This document shows positions 1 through 9,858 of a DNA stretch of 64,000 nucleotides, in pieces. Origin of the DNA: Nitrospirota bacterium (GTDB lineage: Bacteria; Nitrospirota; UBA9217); NCBI GenBank assembly GCA_037444505.1, contig JBBIMH010000017.1, forward strand, positions 1,516 through 65,515, in the 5' to 3' direction. Position numbers and translations under genes: made by a program. How positions within the stretch are numbered: the stretch's first letter is position 1; the number at the start of each line of letters is the position of its first letter. The notes beneath the pieces are model-generated. The model searched no databases. It saw nothing but the letters and a program-made list of their open reading frames with translations, and was not told the origin of the DNA.

Positions 1-197
1 AGGAGGGCGTTTCGGTCAGCGATAATGAGGTAAATGCCGCAATCCATTCATTCGCGAGGAGCTCCGGCCAGAGCGTCGATGCGATAAGGAGCTACTATGA
101 GTCCCAGGACGAGGGACTCGAAGGTCTCAGGGCATCCATCATGAGGGACAAGACGCTCAACCTCTTGCTTTCCCGCATAGCAAAGAGCTATAATTAA
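1..197 (+). CDS. tig: Trigger factor, C-terminal fragment (5' end lies outside the window)
   Basis: Frame 3 is open from the window edge to TAA at 195-197 (...[59 protein letters not shown]). It sits in the canonical tig-clpP-clpX order. Confidence 0.75.
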   Translation, partial: EGVSVSDNEVNAAIHSFARSSGQSVDAIRSYYESQDEGLEGLRASIMRDKTLNLLLSRIAKSYN

Positions 198-258
198 AGA
201 ACTACAAAGGGAGGAGGATGCAGTCGGGCCGCGATCCCGTGCACACAAAGGAGATACG

Positions 259-864
259 ATGTCACTCATTCCGATTGTCATAGAGCAGACGAGCCGCGGC
301 GAGCGCGCCTATGATATATATTCCAGGCTGCTCAAGGACAGGATAATATTCATCGGCACAGCGATCGACGACGTCGTGGCGAACACTGTCATTGCCCAGC
401 TTTTGTTTCTCGAGGCGGATGACCCGGACAAGGATATATCGCTGTACATAAATTCACCCGGGGGTATCGTGACATCCGGTCTTGCGATATACGATACCAT
501 GAACTACATCAAGTGCCCGGTTTCTACAATATGCATCGGACAGGCGGCGAGCATGGCCGCACTCCTTCTTGCAGCCGGCACCAAGGGCAAGAGGTTCAGC
601 CTACCCAATTCGCGCATCATGATACATCAACCCATCGGCGGATTCCAGGGGCAGGCGACCGATATAGAGATACATGCGAAGGAGATACTGAAACTCAAGG
701 ACACCTTGAACAGGATACTCGCAAACCATACAGGACAGTCGTTGGAGAAGGTACAGGCGGATACGGAGCGCGACTTCTTCATGTCAGGCGATGACGCGAA
801 GGTATATGGAATTATAGACGAGGTCATCATCAAGAAACAGTCACGCAACACGAAGGAGAAGTAA
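259..864 (+). CDS. clpP: ATP-dependent Clp protease proteolytic subunit
   Basis: 201 aa with ClpP family sequence throughout ([24 protein letters not shown]). AAGGAG RBS upstream. Confidence 0.97.
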   Translation: MSLIPIVIEQTSRGERAYDIYSRLLKDRIIFIGTAIDDVVANTVIAQLLFLEADDPDKDISLYINSPGGIVTSGLAIYDTMNYIKCPVSTICIGQAASMAALLLAAGTKGKRFSLPNSRIMIHQPIGGFQGQATDIEIHAKEILKLKDTLNRILANHTGQSLEKVQADTERDFFMSGDDAKVYGIIDEVIIKKQSRNTKEK

Positions 865-882
865 GAGGGAGGGGATATAGAT

Positions 883-2124
883 ATGGCGGAAAAGAAGGAT
901 TCTAAGACATTGCTCAAATGTTCATTCTGCGGCAAGGGTCAGGAAGAGGTGAGAAAGCTCATTGCAGGCCCTTCTGTGTTCATATGCAATGAATGTGTTG
1001 ACCTGTGCAACGAGATAATCGCAGAGGAGTGGGCCGAGACCAAGGAGGCGAAACTGCCGAGGCTTCCGAAGCCGGCGGAGATCAAGCGCACGCTCGATGA
1101 ATATGTAATCGGCCAGGACAGGGCGAAGAAGATACTCTCCGTCGCGGTACATAACCACTACAAACGTATCGGCGTGAAGCACGAGATAGGAGAGGAGGTG
1201 GAGCTTCAGAAGAGCAACATACTCCTGATCGGGCCGACGGGTGTGGGAAAGACGCTCCTCGCTCAGACCCTCGCAAGGATCCTCGATGTGCCGTTCACCA
1301 TCGCAGATGCGACTACGCTCACAGAGGCCGGGTATGTAGGCGAGGACGTCGAAAACATCATCCTGAAACTTCTGCAGAACGCAAACTACGATGTCGAGCG
1401 TGCCCAGCGCGGCATCGTATATATAGATGAGATAGACAAGATCAGCAAAAAGTCGGAGAACCCGTCCATCACCCGCGATGTTTCCGGAGAGGGAGTACAG
1501 CAGGCACTGCTCAAGCTCATAGAGGGGACGATAGCCAGCGTACCTCCGCAGGGGGGGCGAAAGCACCCTCACCAGGAATTCATTCAGGTGGATACGACCA
1601 ATATCCTCTTCATCTGCGGCGGGGCCTTTGTCGGGCTCGACTCCATCATAGCCCAACGCATAGGCAAGAAGACGATGGGCTTCGGCGCCGACATCAAGAG
1701 CAAACAAGAGATGAAGGTGAGCGATCTTCTGCTCAATATCCAGCCCGAGGATTTGCTCGGATACGGCCTCATACCGGAGTTCGTAGGCCGCATGCCGGTG
1801 GTAACGACGCTCGAGGAGCTGGACGAGCAGGCTCTAATAAGCATTTTGACGAAGCCGAAGAACGCCCTCATCAAGCAGTATCAGAAGCTGCTCGCGCTCG
1901 AGGGATGCAAGCTCCGCTTCACCGATGATGCGCTCGAGGCGATAGCCAGGAAGGCGATCAGCCGCAGGACAGGCGCCAGAGGGCTGAGGGCGATCCTCGA
2001 GGACGTGATGCTAGACGTCATGTACGACGTGCCTTCGCAGCCCGGAATACGCGAATGCATAATCAATGCAGAGGTGATCAATGAGGGCGCCGCGCCTATG
2101 CTGATATACGAGAAGATCGCATAG
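883..2124 (+). CDS. clpX: ATP-dependent Clp protease ATP-binding subunit ClpX
   Basis: 413 aa with an N-terminal C4 zinc ribbon (CSFCGK...CNEC), Walker A GPTGVGKT and a MGFGA loop. GGGAGG RBS upstream. Confidence 0.97.
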   Translation: MAEKKDSKTLLKCSFCGKGQEEVRKLIAGPSVFICNECVDLCNEIIAEEWAETKEAKLPRLPKPAEIKRTLDEYVIGQDRAKKILSVAVHNHYKRIGVKHEIGEEVELQKSNILLIGPTGVGKTLLAQTLARILDVPFTIADATTLTEAGYVGEDVENIILKLLQNANYDVERAQRGIVYIDEIDKISKKSENPSITRDVSGEGVQQALLKLIEGTIASVPPQGGRKHPHQEFIQVDTTNILFICGGAFVGLDSIIAQRIGKKTMGFGADIKSKQEMKVSDLLLNIQPEDLLGYGLIPEFVGRMPVVTTLEELDEQALISILTKPKNALIKQYQKLLALEGCKLRFTDDALEAIARKAISRRTGARGLRAILEDVMLDVMYDVPSQPGIRECIINAEVINEGAAPMLIYEKIA

Positions 2125-2216
2125 CCGAAAGAATATCAACGGCCACGAATGGGCGAGGGTCTCCATGGATGTACATCCGGAGCGGATGATTTCCATGCGG
2201 CGATTCGAGCGGATTC

Positions 2217-2813
2217 GTGGCTGATTTTTTTATGAAGATCCTATCTGCGGAATTCATCAAGAGCGCCGTGAGGCCAGAGCACTATCCTGCCGACAGAGGG
2301 CCGCAGATTGCATTCGCAGGCCGCTCCAATGTCGGCAAATCTTCCCTCATAAACGCCCTTCTCAATAGGAGGGGTCTCGTCAAGGTGAGCTCTACCCCGG
2401 GCAAGACCCAGACTATCAACTTCTTCCTTATCAACAACCGATTCTATTTTGTGGATCTTCCGGGATATGGATATGCGAAGGTTCCCCGCGTGGTGTTGGA
2501 GGCCTGGCCTATTATGATAGAAGGTTACTTCAAGGCGACGCGGGAGCTGAAGGCGGTGGTCGTTCTCATGGATTCGAGAAGACAGCCCGACCGGAGAGAT
2601 ATTCGTTTGAAGGAGTGGCTCGGCCACTATGGGATACCCGCCGTCTATGTGCTTACAAAGGCCGACAAGCTTTCTCGAGTAGAGTTGCACAAGGCCGTGC
2701 GCGATGCCGAAACGGTGTTCGGGACTGAGCAGCCTATTATTCCTACTTCAGCCGAAACCGGCATGGGACTGAAGGAGCTTTGGAGAGAGATCGAGCTGCG
2801 GCTCGAGTTGTGA
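2217..2813 (+). CDS. engB: Ribosome biogenesis GTP-binding protein EngB/YsxC/YihA
   Basis: Carries GRSNVGKSSLINALL (G1), DLPGYGYAKV and TKADK (G4). The start is ambiguous: GTG at 2217 or ATG at 2232. Confidence 0.9.
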   Translation: MADFFMKILSAEFIKSAVRPEHYPADRGPQIAFAGRSNVGKSSLINALLNRRGLVKVSSTPGKTQTINFFLINNRFYFVDLPGYGYAKVPRVVLEAWPIMIEGYFKATRELKAVVVLMDSRRQPDRRDIRLKEWLGHYGIPAVYVLTKADKLSRVELHKAVRDAETVFGTEQPIIPTSAETGMGLKELWREIELRLEL

Positions 2814-2818
2814 AATTC

Positions 2819-3042
2819 GGCCCATCGAGTATAATAGAGCAAGTTATAATTTCGGATACAGCCTGGCGGGGTGTGCCTTCATGTCTTTTAGAACGCGATG
2901 AATATTATATCTGTGTATTGTGAATATATAACCCTTGGCCTCATGTATTAGCGCTGTGTCTGTTATGCTGATCTTCGCCTAAGGCGCTCTAAAAGTCATT
3001 TCGGCACGCCCCGCCAGCCGGCACCAAAAAACTCCATGGTCC
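2819..3042 (+). mobile_element. MITE copy 1 (224 bp, non-autonomous hairpin element)
   Basis: Terminal inverted repeats are GGCCCATCGAG (left) and GGACCATGGAG (reverse complement of the right end). An exact 8-bp direct repeat TGAAATTC flanks it at 2811-2818 and 3043-3050. It is homologous to 14992-15219 and 22558-22784. It contains a long internal hairpin and no conserved ORF. Confidence 0.85.
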
Positions 3043-3091
3043 TGAAATTCTCGGTCCAGCGGCCTGGGATATGACGCGGTCATTATTTCGC

Positions 3092-3120
3092 TTGATACGC
3101 CCTGTATGAAATAGTATAAT
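3092..3120 (+). promoter_or_regulatory. Sigma-70-type promoter candidate for the redoxin gene
   Basis: TTGATA (3092-3097), 17-nt spacer, TATAAT (3115-3120), about 20 nt upstream of the start codon. Confidence 0.45.
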
Positions 3121-3143
3121 ATAAAATTGTTTTGGAGATGCAG

Positions 3144-3740
3144 ATGCGAGAGGATAAAAAACCCGTCGCAACCGAAACCGCTGATGACGGCGCCCGCAAA
3201 GGCGCGGCGAGGTGGAAGGAGACGACATTGCTCCTCATCCTTGCCGTCTTTATCGTCTTATTCCTCATACTTGTCTTCGGCAAGACGGGCGTTTCGGTCA
3301 AAATTATCAAAGAAGGTGACATCGCCCCTGAATTCAGCCTGCCGGGCGTCGACGGAGGCACAGTAAGGCTTACGGACTATCGAGGCAAAGTGGTGATGCT
3401 GCACTTCTGGGCGACATGGTGCCCTCCGTGCGTGGAGGAGATGCCTGCTCTGGATCATCTCTACAGGATGTTCAGGGGAAAGGACTTCGAGGTCATTACC
3501 GTGAGCGTCGACGAGGGCGGCGCGCCGGCGGTCAAGTCTTTCATGCAGAAGAGGGGGCTCGTTCTACCTGTTGCGCTCGATCCTGACAGGTCTGTGGCAG
3601 CGCAGTATGGGACGTTCAAGTTTCCGGAGACGTATGTAATAGATTATAAAGGCGTGGTTCGGCTGAAGGTCGTAGGCTCTTTGGATTGGACATTCCAGGC
3701 CAATATAGACAGGGTCCGCTCTATCATAGAAAGACGTTGA
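3144..3740 (+). CDS. TlpA/ResA-like thiol:disulfide oxidoreductase (membrane-anchored redoxin)
   Basis: WATWCPPC active site within a thioredoxin fold, with an N-terminal TM helix (LLLILAVFIVLFLILVF). The start is ambiguous among 3132 (TTG), 3138 and 3144; GGAG at 3134-3137 favours 3144. Confidence 0.85.
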   Translation: MREDKKPVATETADDGARKGAARWKETTLLLILAVFIVLFLILVFGKTGVSVKIIKEGDIAPEFSLPGVDGGTVRLTDYRGKVVMLHFWATWCPPCVEEMPALDHLYRMFRGKDFEVITVSVDEGGAPAVKSFMQKRGLVLPVALDPDRSVAAQYGTFKFPETYVIDYKGVVRLKVVGSLDWTFQANIDRVRSIIERR

Positions 3741-3771
3741 TCTCTATTCTTTCCTTTGGGAGGCAGATGAC

Positions 3772-3858
3772 ATGTCCGATCTCGCCGTCTCAGTGCTGGT
3801 ACTCATCGGCATACTCTGCGCCGTGATAAGATTCAATCAAGGCATCGGATGGGGTTGA
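3772..3858 (+). CDS. Candidate 28-aa hydrophobic small protein
   Basis: MSDLAVSVLVLIGILCAVIRFNQGIGWG* with a GGGAGG RBS 8 nt upstream. It is below the ORF-track size cutoff and has no other support. Confidence 0.25.
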   Translation: MSDLAVSVLVLIGILCAVIRFNQGIGWG

Positions 3859-3936
3859 GGCGAGGAACCGGGTGGCCTCTGTGAAGGCGACGGACGCGAT
3901 CATCGCGACAAAGGCGAGGGGAAATAGTGCCGTTCT

Positions 3937-5058
3937 ATGAAACGAAATATACTGCTTGCATCGGCCGGAACAGTTGCGCTCGGCCTTTTTATCTCCATAT
4001 TCTGGGTAGCGCTCATTCTGAAAGATCTCCCGGATGTCTCCGTCCTTAAGCGCTATCGGCCTGCGGCCGCCGCCGAGGTCTTAGACAGCGAGGGCAGGCT
4101 GCTCGGCGTATTTTCAGACCGCTCATTCCGCATATGGGTCCCTCTTTCTTCCCTCTCGGATAATATAGTCAAGGCTGTTGTGACTGCAGAAGACGATACA
4201 TTCTTCGAGCACCAGGGCGTCAACGTCAAGGCGACGTGGGAGGCCTTTATACACGACGTAAAAAAGGGGAGGTTTGCTCGGGGAGGCAGTACGATCACGC
4301 AGCAGATGATCAAGAATGTCCTGCTTTCGCGCGAAAAGACCATATCGAGAAAGGTCAGGGAGGTCATACTCGCCTACCGTGCGGAGAATATACTCACTAA
4401 GCGCCAGATTCTCGAAATATACCTCAATGTGGTCGAATGGGGAGAGAACATATACGGCATTGAGGCGGCGAGCAGGTTCTATTTCGACAAACACGCCTCT
4501 GAACTCAATGTCTCCGAGGCGGCGCTGCTCGCAGGCATGCTGCCCAATCCGCGATATTTCAACCCATTCAAGCGTATGGATAAGGCACGTGAACGACAAC
4601 AGCGGGTCCTGTTCAACATGTTTCAGGCGAAACACCTGACCGAGGAGGAATATGAGGCCGCATTAAGCGAGGATATCCGTCTGAGACAGTGGACTTCGGA
4701 GAGGTTTGGCTTGTGGGGTGCGGAGGACTCGAACGGCAGACCGTGCCACATCAAGGCGCTGGAGCAGGTGCTTCTTTCTATATATGGAGAGCACGGGCTG
4801 TATCGCCAGGGTCTGAAGATAAGGACATCGATAGACAAGGAGCTGCAGGATAATTTCCACTCAGCCGCCCATCTGCCTGATGAGGTAGTCCTCGTCATGG
4901 ACAGGGGCGTGGTCAGGGCCATAGCGTGTACGGATGAAACTACCGTTGGTTCCGTGCTGGACCATCTTGGACCGCCGTATGATGGATATGAATACACGGT
5001 CGTTCCTGTGGAGTCGATAAAACCCGAAGATGTACTGCTCGGCGAGGGCGGGGGATAG
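3937..5058 (+). CDS. mtgA: Monofunctional peptidoglycan glycosyltransferase (GT51) with a C-terminal extension
   Basis: N-terminal TM helix and GT51 motifs (EDDTFFEHQG, GGSTITQQMIKN, RKVREV). No transpeptidase domain. An extra ~130 aa of unknown function follows the GT51 domain. Confidence 0.8.
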   Translation: MKRNILLASAGTVALGLFISIFWVALILKDLPDVSVLKRYRPAAAAEVLDSEGRLLGVFSDRSFRIWVPLSSLSDNIVKAVVTAEDDTFFEHQGVNVKATWEAFIHDVKKGRFARGGSTITQQMIKNVLLSREKTISRKVREVILAYRAENILTKRQILEIYLNVVEWGENIYGIEAASRFYFDKHASELNVSEAALLAGMLPNPRYFNPFKRMDKARERQQRVLFNMFQAKHLTEEEYEAALSEDIRLRQWTSERFGLWGAEDSNGRPCHIKALEQVLLSIYGEHGLYRQGLKIRTSIDKELQDNFHSAAHLPDEVVLVMDRGVVRAIACTDETTVGSVLDHLGPPYDGYEYTVVPVESIKPEDVLLGEGGG

Positions 5059-5078
5059 GACAACGCTCGTCCGCTGCA

Positions 5079-6044
5079 TCAAAATTCTATATTGGGCCTG
5101 AGTATGATCTGGAAGTCGTCGCTTTCTCTACCCGCGGCAAGGGGACCGGAGTACTTCCGGGCCGACTCCCACACGAATCCCATAGCGAATGTGAATGCCA
5201 TCTTCTTCTTTTCGAAAGGCCATTTCTTGTCCACGAAGAAATAGTGTCTGATGGCGCCGAACCCTCTGCGGTTCATATCAAAGGTATATTCGAATCCGCT
5301 GTTGTTGAGTATGGAAGACCGCTCGATTTTATAATCGAGCCTGCTCCTTCTGAGAGAAATATAAATGATGTCCGTGATGTAAGGGTTCTCATGGAGCTTT
5401 GCGCCAACCCGGAAGCTCCAGCTCAGCTTACGCACCGAAGACTTTCTGTCTCCTTTCACCTTCCACTCAAATTCTCGCCAGTCGTCCTTTATCATCTCGT
5501 TGTCCTTGATGTGATAGTTGCCTGCGCTCGCAAGAAATCCGGCATATCCCTTCCCTTTCATGTCGGCGTGTCCCGGGAGGTCGAAGTCGATCACATTGCC
5601 GACGAGCACCGACGCCGCCCAGGGTTCTTCAAATCCGGTCGTGATCGTCTTTACCCAATTGAAACTTCCGGATATTTCTGCATTGTCATAGAACCGCCTA
5701 TGCTCTCTCTTTATATACGTCCCCAGATAGGGTAGGGGGTTTATGCTGGCCTCGAGGACGAGATATCGTGGAAGCAACGACTGCGAAAACAATATTCTGT
5801 ATATCTCCGTTTCAGGCCGCTCTCCAAGGTGCCGGATCGGCTTATCCGTGAGCGAGAAGGTGACGCTCGCATTGGTGTAGTATGCGTCCAGCTCGAGATC
5901 GAACTCTATACGCCTCTGGATTTCATCATCGCTTGCGCCGGCCTCCGCGCCCGGAACGGCTGAGGGTGTAAAAATCATCATTGCGCAGAGCAGTGTCTGC
6001 GCAAGACGTGATAACAGCGCACGTGTACGCGCCGATTGGCACAT
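5079..6044 (-). CDS. Hypothetical outer-membrane beta-barrel protein
   Basis: Signal-peptide-like N-terminus (MCQSARTRALLSRLAQTLLCAMMIFTPSAVPGAEA), alternating beta-strand-like sequence, and a C-terminal ...ILRPNIEF ending in Phe. The start at 6044 was chosen because TATAAT (6051-6056) lies 6 nt upstream; the 6116 start would overlap smc. Confidence 0.6.
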   Translation of the reverse strand: MCQSARTRALLSRLAQTLLCAMMIFTPSAVPGAEAGASDDEIQRRIEFDLELDAYYTNASVTFSLTDKPIRHLGERPETEIYRILFSQSLLPRYLVLEASINPLPYLGTYIKREHRRFYDNAEISGSFNWVKTITTGFEEPWAASVLVGNVIDFDLPGHADMKGKGYAGFLASAGNYHIKDNEMIKDDWREFEWKVKGDRKSSVRKLSWSFRVGAKLHENPYITDIIYISLRRSRLDYKIERSSILNNSGFEYTFDMNRRGFGAIRHYFFVDKKWPFEKKKMAFTFAMGFVWESARKYSGPLAAGRESDDFQIILRPNIEF

Positions 6045-6096
6045 ACTGATATTATATACCATCTGAGCTAAGCTTGCGCCTCTACAGCATATGTCG

Positions 6097-9000
6097 TCAG
6101 GCCATTGCGGCTTCACGGAACCGTACTGACATCACCTTGGAGCATCCTGGCTCTTCCATGGTGATGCCGTAGAGGGCATCGGCGGTCTCCATGGTGCGCT
6201 TGTTGTGGGTGATTACTATGAATTGCGAGCGGCTGCTCATTTCCTTGAGCAGCCTGGTGAACCGAGTGACATTCGCTTCATCGAGCGGCGCATCCACCTC
6301 GTCGAGCAGGCAGAACGGACTTGGCTTGACCAGGAATGCGGCGAAAAGGAGCGCTATCGCGGTGAGGGCCCTTTCCCCACCCGAGAGCAGTGATATGCTC
6401 TGGAGCTTCTTTCCGCGCGGCTGCGCTACGATCTCTATCCCGGACTCGAGGATATTGGATTCATCGAGCAGCACGAGCTCCGCCCTTCCACCATCGAACA
6501 AAAGCGAGAACACGTCCTTGAACTTCTCGTGGATAGAGTGGAATGCGTTCATGAAAAGGTCCTTTGTCTCTTCATCGAGCTTGGCGATGGTCTTTTTCAG
6601 GTTGTCTATGGATTCGTTGATGTCATTCAACTGGCCGCTCAATAGGTCGTGTCGTTCTTTGAGCTCGGCATATTCCTGGAGCGCATCCACATTTATCGGT
6701 CCCATCTGGTCTATCTTCTGCCTGAGCTCATCGAGCCTGGCCTTCGCCTCTTCGATGTTTATCTCGAACTCGCCAAGCTCTGTCACTATCGTTTCGAGGT
6801 CCGTATGATACGACGTACGGATGTTCTCCTTCAGGTGCTCGATTTTCATGCGGAGCTCGGTCCTTTTGACCTCGTTCGCCGACATGCGTTTCTGCGCCGT
6901 TTCGAGTTCATGATGTATCCCACGGGACTCTTCATCGAGCGATTGCAGGGCGGCTGCCATCACTGCATGCTCCTCCTGCTTAGAAATCAGCAGGGTGCGC
7001 TCGGCCTCAAGCGCCTTCATCGTCTCGCGGATGCCCTCTTCGTCCTTGGAGATAGAGGACTCCAGCTCCACGAGCCTCGAAGCGATCGCAGACACCTCCG
7101 ATTCCTTTTTTCTGATGCGCTCCGAAAGCTCTTCCTCGGCCCTCGAGAGGGACAAAAGGCTCCTGCCTATCGCATCGTACTTTTCCTGCAAGGCTGTCAC
7201 CGCCATCCTGAGCTCTGTTATCTCCGCCCTGCTGGATTCGAGCTGGGCCCTTTTGTCGGAGAGTTCACGCTGCATGGCCTCTATACTCTGCTGCGCCCTC
7301 GTCCATCCCTCTTCTATGCCTTCTACGGCCTTCTTCGCCTGCTCGAGTTCGACAGCGAGGCTGTTGCGCTTTCCGCTCCTGACAGATGCCTCTGTCTCGA
7401 GCGCAGTTATCCTATCCCGGGTGCGGGTGATTTCGTCCTTCAGTGTGGAGCGGTCCTTTTCCATGTTTACGATGCCGAGCTCTGCGGCGTGCATTTCCGC
7501 CCTTAATCTTTCTTCGGTTTTCCTGCCGTCTTCTATTGCAGCGTCGAGCTCGTGGGCCTCGGCGTCGAGGTTCGATATGACTGCGCCGAGCTCGGCGACA
7601 TCTTTTTCGAGGTCCTTGATTTCACGGCGCTTGGTGAGCATGCCCGTACCGCTGCTGTCCACGGCGCCGCCTGTCACAGCGCCCCATGGATCTACAATAT
7701 CACCTGACAGGGTGACAAGGGTCTTGTGAAAGCCGTTGTTATGCCATAGATGCAGGGCTGTATCGAGAGTATCTACCACCACCACGTCGCTGAGCAGATA
7801 CTGGGCGATGCTCTTATAGTCCTCCTTGCAGCGGACAACATCGAGCGCGGCTCCGATGACGCCTGAATGGCCGTTCTTCACGAACGGTTCGGTCTTTATC
7901 TCTCTCAGCGACCTGGGGACGAACGTGCCCCTTCCACCGCCCTTGCTCTTTAGGAAGTCTATGGCCTTTATGGAATCACTCTGCGAGTCCACGACTACGT
8001 ATTGCAGTCTGTCTCCGAGCACCGCCTCTATGGCCATTTCGTACATGGGATCGGTCTCTATCATGTCTGCAACGAGCCCATGGATCGCGCCGAGCCTGTC
8101 CGCAGCGGCCTCCTTGCGGGCCGACATGACTGTGCGTACACCCTTTTGATAGCCTTCTAGCCGCTGCTCGAGCTCGAGAAGCGAGCGGAGTCGTGAGCTC
8201 TTTTCTGCGAGTCTGTGCCTGGCTGAGACCCTTGCCTCGTCGAGCTCTTTTTTCCTCGCCGTCTCCTTGTTCAGTCGATCCACGACCTGTGCAAGCTCTC
8301 TCTCTACGGCATCCTTTTTCGCCCTCGCCTCAGAAAGAGACGCCTCTTTCGACGAGAGCGATGACAAAAGGTCTGTCACCGCGGCTGCAAGCCTCTCCGT
8401 CTCGATTCTGTCCTTCTCGTCCTCTTCGTCGAGCTGAGACAGCCTCGCCTGGAGGTTGGACATCTTCGTCTTTTCCGCTGTGGAGCTGTTCATGGCGCTC
8501 ATGGCGCCTGCTCGAACCTTCTCGAGCTCCATCTCCTTTTCCCTGAGCGACTGCTGGAGACGCTCTAATACAGCGGTCTTTTCGGACAGAACCCGGTTCT
8601 TTTCCTCGATCCTGGAGGCTATCGCCTGCGCCTCGGCCTCCAGCGCGGTCTTCTGCTCGATGGACCTTGCGATCTCCTTCCGCAAGTATTCTATGTCCGC
8701 TATGTCCCGCGCCCGCTGTTCATTGAGCGTAGCGATCTGGCTCTTGGACATCTCTATGCGGTGCTCCATCCTGCTTATGGCGGCCTCTGTCTCGTGGAGC
8801 TTATGCCGGAGAGCCGCGAGTTCCCTTTCCTTCGACAGGGCATCCGCCCTCGTCTCTTCTATCCGCGACTCCACCTGGCCGAGCCTTGTATGGAGCTCGG
8901 AGATTTCGTTCTCGAGGGACTTGAATTCTTCTGAGGCGCTTGCCCACTCTATGCCGAGATTGGAATATTCCACCGCTACGAGCCGGAAGTCGAGGTCCTT

Positions 9001-9675
9001 CATCTCCGCCCGCAGCTTCTGATAGCGCTCTGCCTTCTTCGCCTGGCGGTCGAGTGAATTGAGCTGCCTCTTGACCTCTGTCAGGATGTCGTTGACACGA
9101 ACCTGGTTCTGCTGCGTGGATTCGAGCTTGGAGAGGGACTCCTGCCGCCTGGCCTTGTACTTCATTACGCCTGCGACCTCTTCGAACAGGAAACGCCTGT
9201 CCTGCGGCTTGGAGGAGAGTATCTGATCGACCTTCTCCTGCTCAATGATGGCATGGATCCTGGCGCCTACGCCCGCATCCATCATGAGATCCCTTATGTC
9301 CTTGAGTCTGCACGGAATTTTGTTGATGAAATACTCGCTCTCTCCGGAGCGGTAGAGCCTGCGGGTGATCTCTATTTCCTGGTAGTCTCCGAATCCTGAG
9401 GGAAGTTTTCCGGCTACATCAGTGAGCGTGACGGCGACCTCTGCCAAGCCGAGCGGCTTTCTGTTCTCGGTGCCGTTAAATATGACGTCTTCCATCTTAT
9501 CGCCCCGGAGGTGCTTTGCGCTTTGCTCTCCGAGGACCCATCTGACCGCATCAGAGATGTTGCTCTTGCCGCATCCATTGGGACCCACGATGGCGGTCAC
9601 TCCAGGCTGGAAGGAAACTGTGGTCTTGTCTGCGAAGGATTTGAAGCCGAGCATCTCGAGCCGTTTCAGCTGCAT
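6097..9675 (-). CDS. smc: Chromosome partition protein SMC
   Basis: About 1192 aa. N-terminal Walker A GPNGCGKSN, long coiled coils, a hinge, a C-terminal LSGGE signature and Walker B (FCLLDEVDAPLD). GAGGAGG RBS before ATG 9675. Confidence 0.95.
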   Translation of the reverse strand: MQLKRLEMLGFKSFADKTTVSFQPGVTAIVGPNGCGKSNISDAVRWVLGEQSAKHLRGDKMEDVIFNGTENRKPLGLAEVAVTLTDVAGKLPSGFGDYQEIEITRRLYRSGESEYFINKIPCRLKDIRDLMMDAGVGARIHAIIEQEKVDQILSSKPQDRRFLFEEVAGVMKYKARRQESLSKLESTQQNQVRVNDILTEVKRQLNSLDRQAKKAERYQKLRAEMKDLDFRLVAVEYSNLGIEWASASEEFKSLENEISELHTRLGQVESRIEETRADALSKERELAALRHKLHETEAAISRMEHRIEMSKSQIATLNEQRARDIADIEYLRKEIARSIEQKTALEAEAQAIASRIEEKNRVLSEKTAVLERLQQSLREKEMELEKVRAGAMSAMNSSTAEKTKMSNLQARLSQLDEEDEKDRIETERLAAAVTDLLSSLSSKEASLSEARAKKDAVERELAQVVDRLNKETARKKELDEARVSARHRLAEKSSRLRSLLELEQRLEGYQKGVRTVMSARKEAAADRLGAIHGLVADMIETDPMYEMAIEAVLGDRLQYVVVDSQSDSIKAIDFLKSKGGGRGTFVPRSLREIKTEPFVKNGHSGVIGAALDVVRCKEDYKSIAQYLLSDVVVVDTLDTALHLWHNNGFHKTLVTLSGDIVDPWGAVTGGAVDSSGTGMLTKRREIKDLEKDVAELGAVISNLDAEAHELDAAIEDGRKTEERLRAEMHAAELGIVNMEKDRSTLKDEITRTRDRITALETEASVRSGKRNSLAVELEQAKKAVEGIEEGWTRAQQSIEAMQRELSDKRAQLESSRAEITELRMAVTALQEKYDAIGRSLLSLSRAEEELSERIRKKESEVSAIASRLVELESSISKDEEGIRETMKALEAERTLLISKQEEHAVMAAALQSLDEESRGIHHELETAQKRMSANEVKRTELRMKIEHLKENIRTSYHTDLETIVTELGEFEINIEEAKARLDELRQKIDQMGPINVDALQEYAELKERHDLLSGQLNDINESIDNLKKTIAKLDEETKDLFMNAFHSIHEKFKDVFSLLFDGGRAELVLLDESNILESGIEIVAQPRGKKLQSISLLSGGERALTAIALLFAAFLVKPSPFCLLDEVDAPLDEANVTRFTRLLKEMSSRSQFIVITHNKRTMETADALYGITMEEPGCSKVMSVRFREAAMA

Positions 9676-9858
9676 AGGCCTCCTCTGACTGAAGACGGGC
9701 GTTCGGCATATGCTATATGCCGTGGGGTCTTTTCGAGACACGTTTATAGCACAAGAAACATGATTTGTAAAGGACAAAATTACAAGCTAAAGTAGGGGTT
9801 TTTATCGGGCATACAATATATTGTGGTCGATTTTGCTGGGGTTTTGGACCTATTTTAT

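Noticed and set aside
6191-9022. Multiple 100-285-aa plus-strand ORFs within smc (for example 6649-7506 and 6995-7729)
   Set aside because: These are Ser/Leu/Arg-rich reverse translations of the Glu/Lys/Leu-rich coiled coil, a classic antisense artefact.
9704-9824. 8-bp stem hairpin CGGCATAT-GCT-ATATGCCG in the smc leader, and the 12-bp palindrome ACAATATATTGT further upstream
   Set aside because: Both are real in the sequence, but they are short, lack a U-tract or any recognisable operator family, and I have no comparative support. They are noted only as possible regulatory sites.
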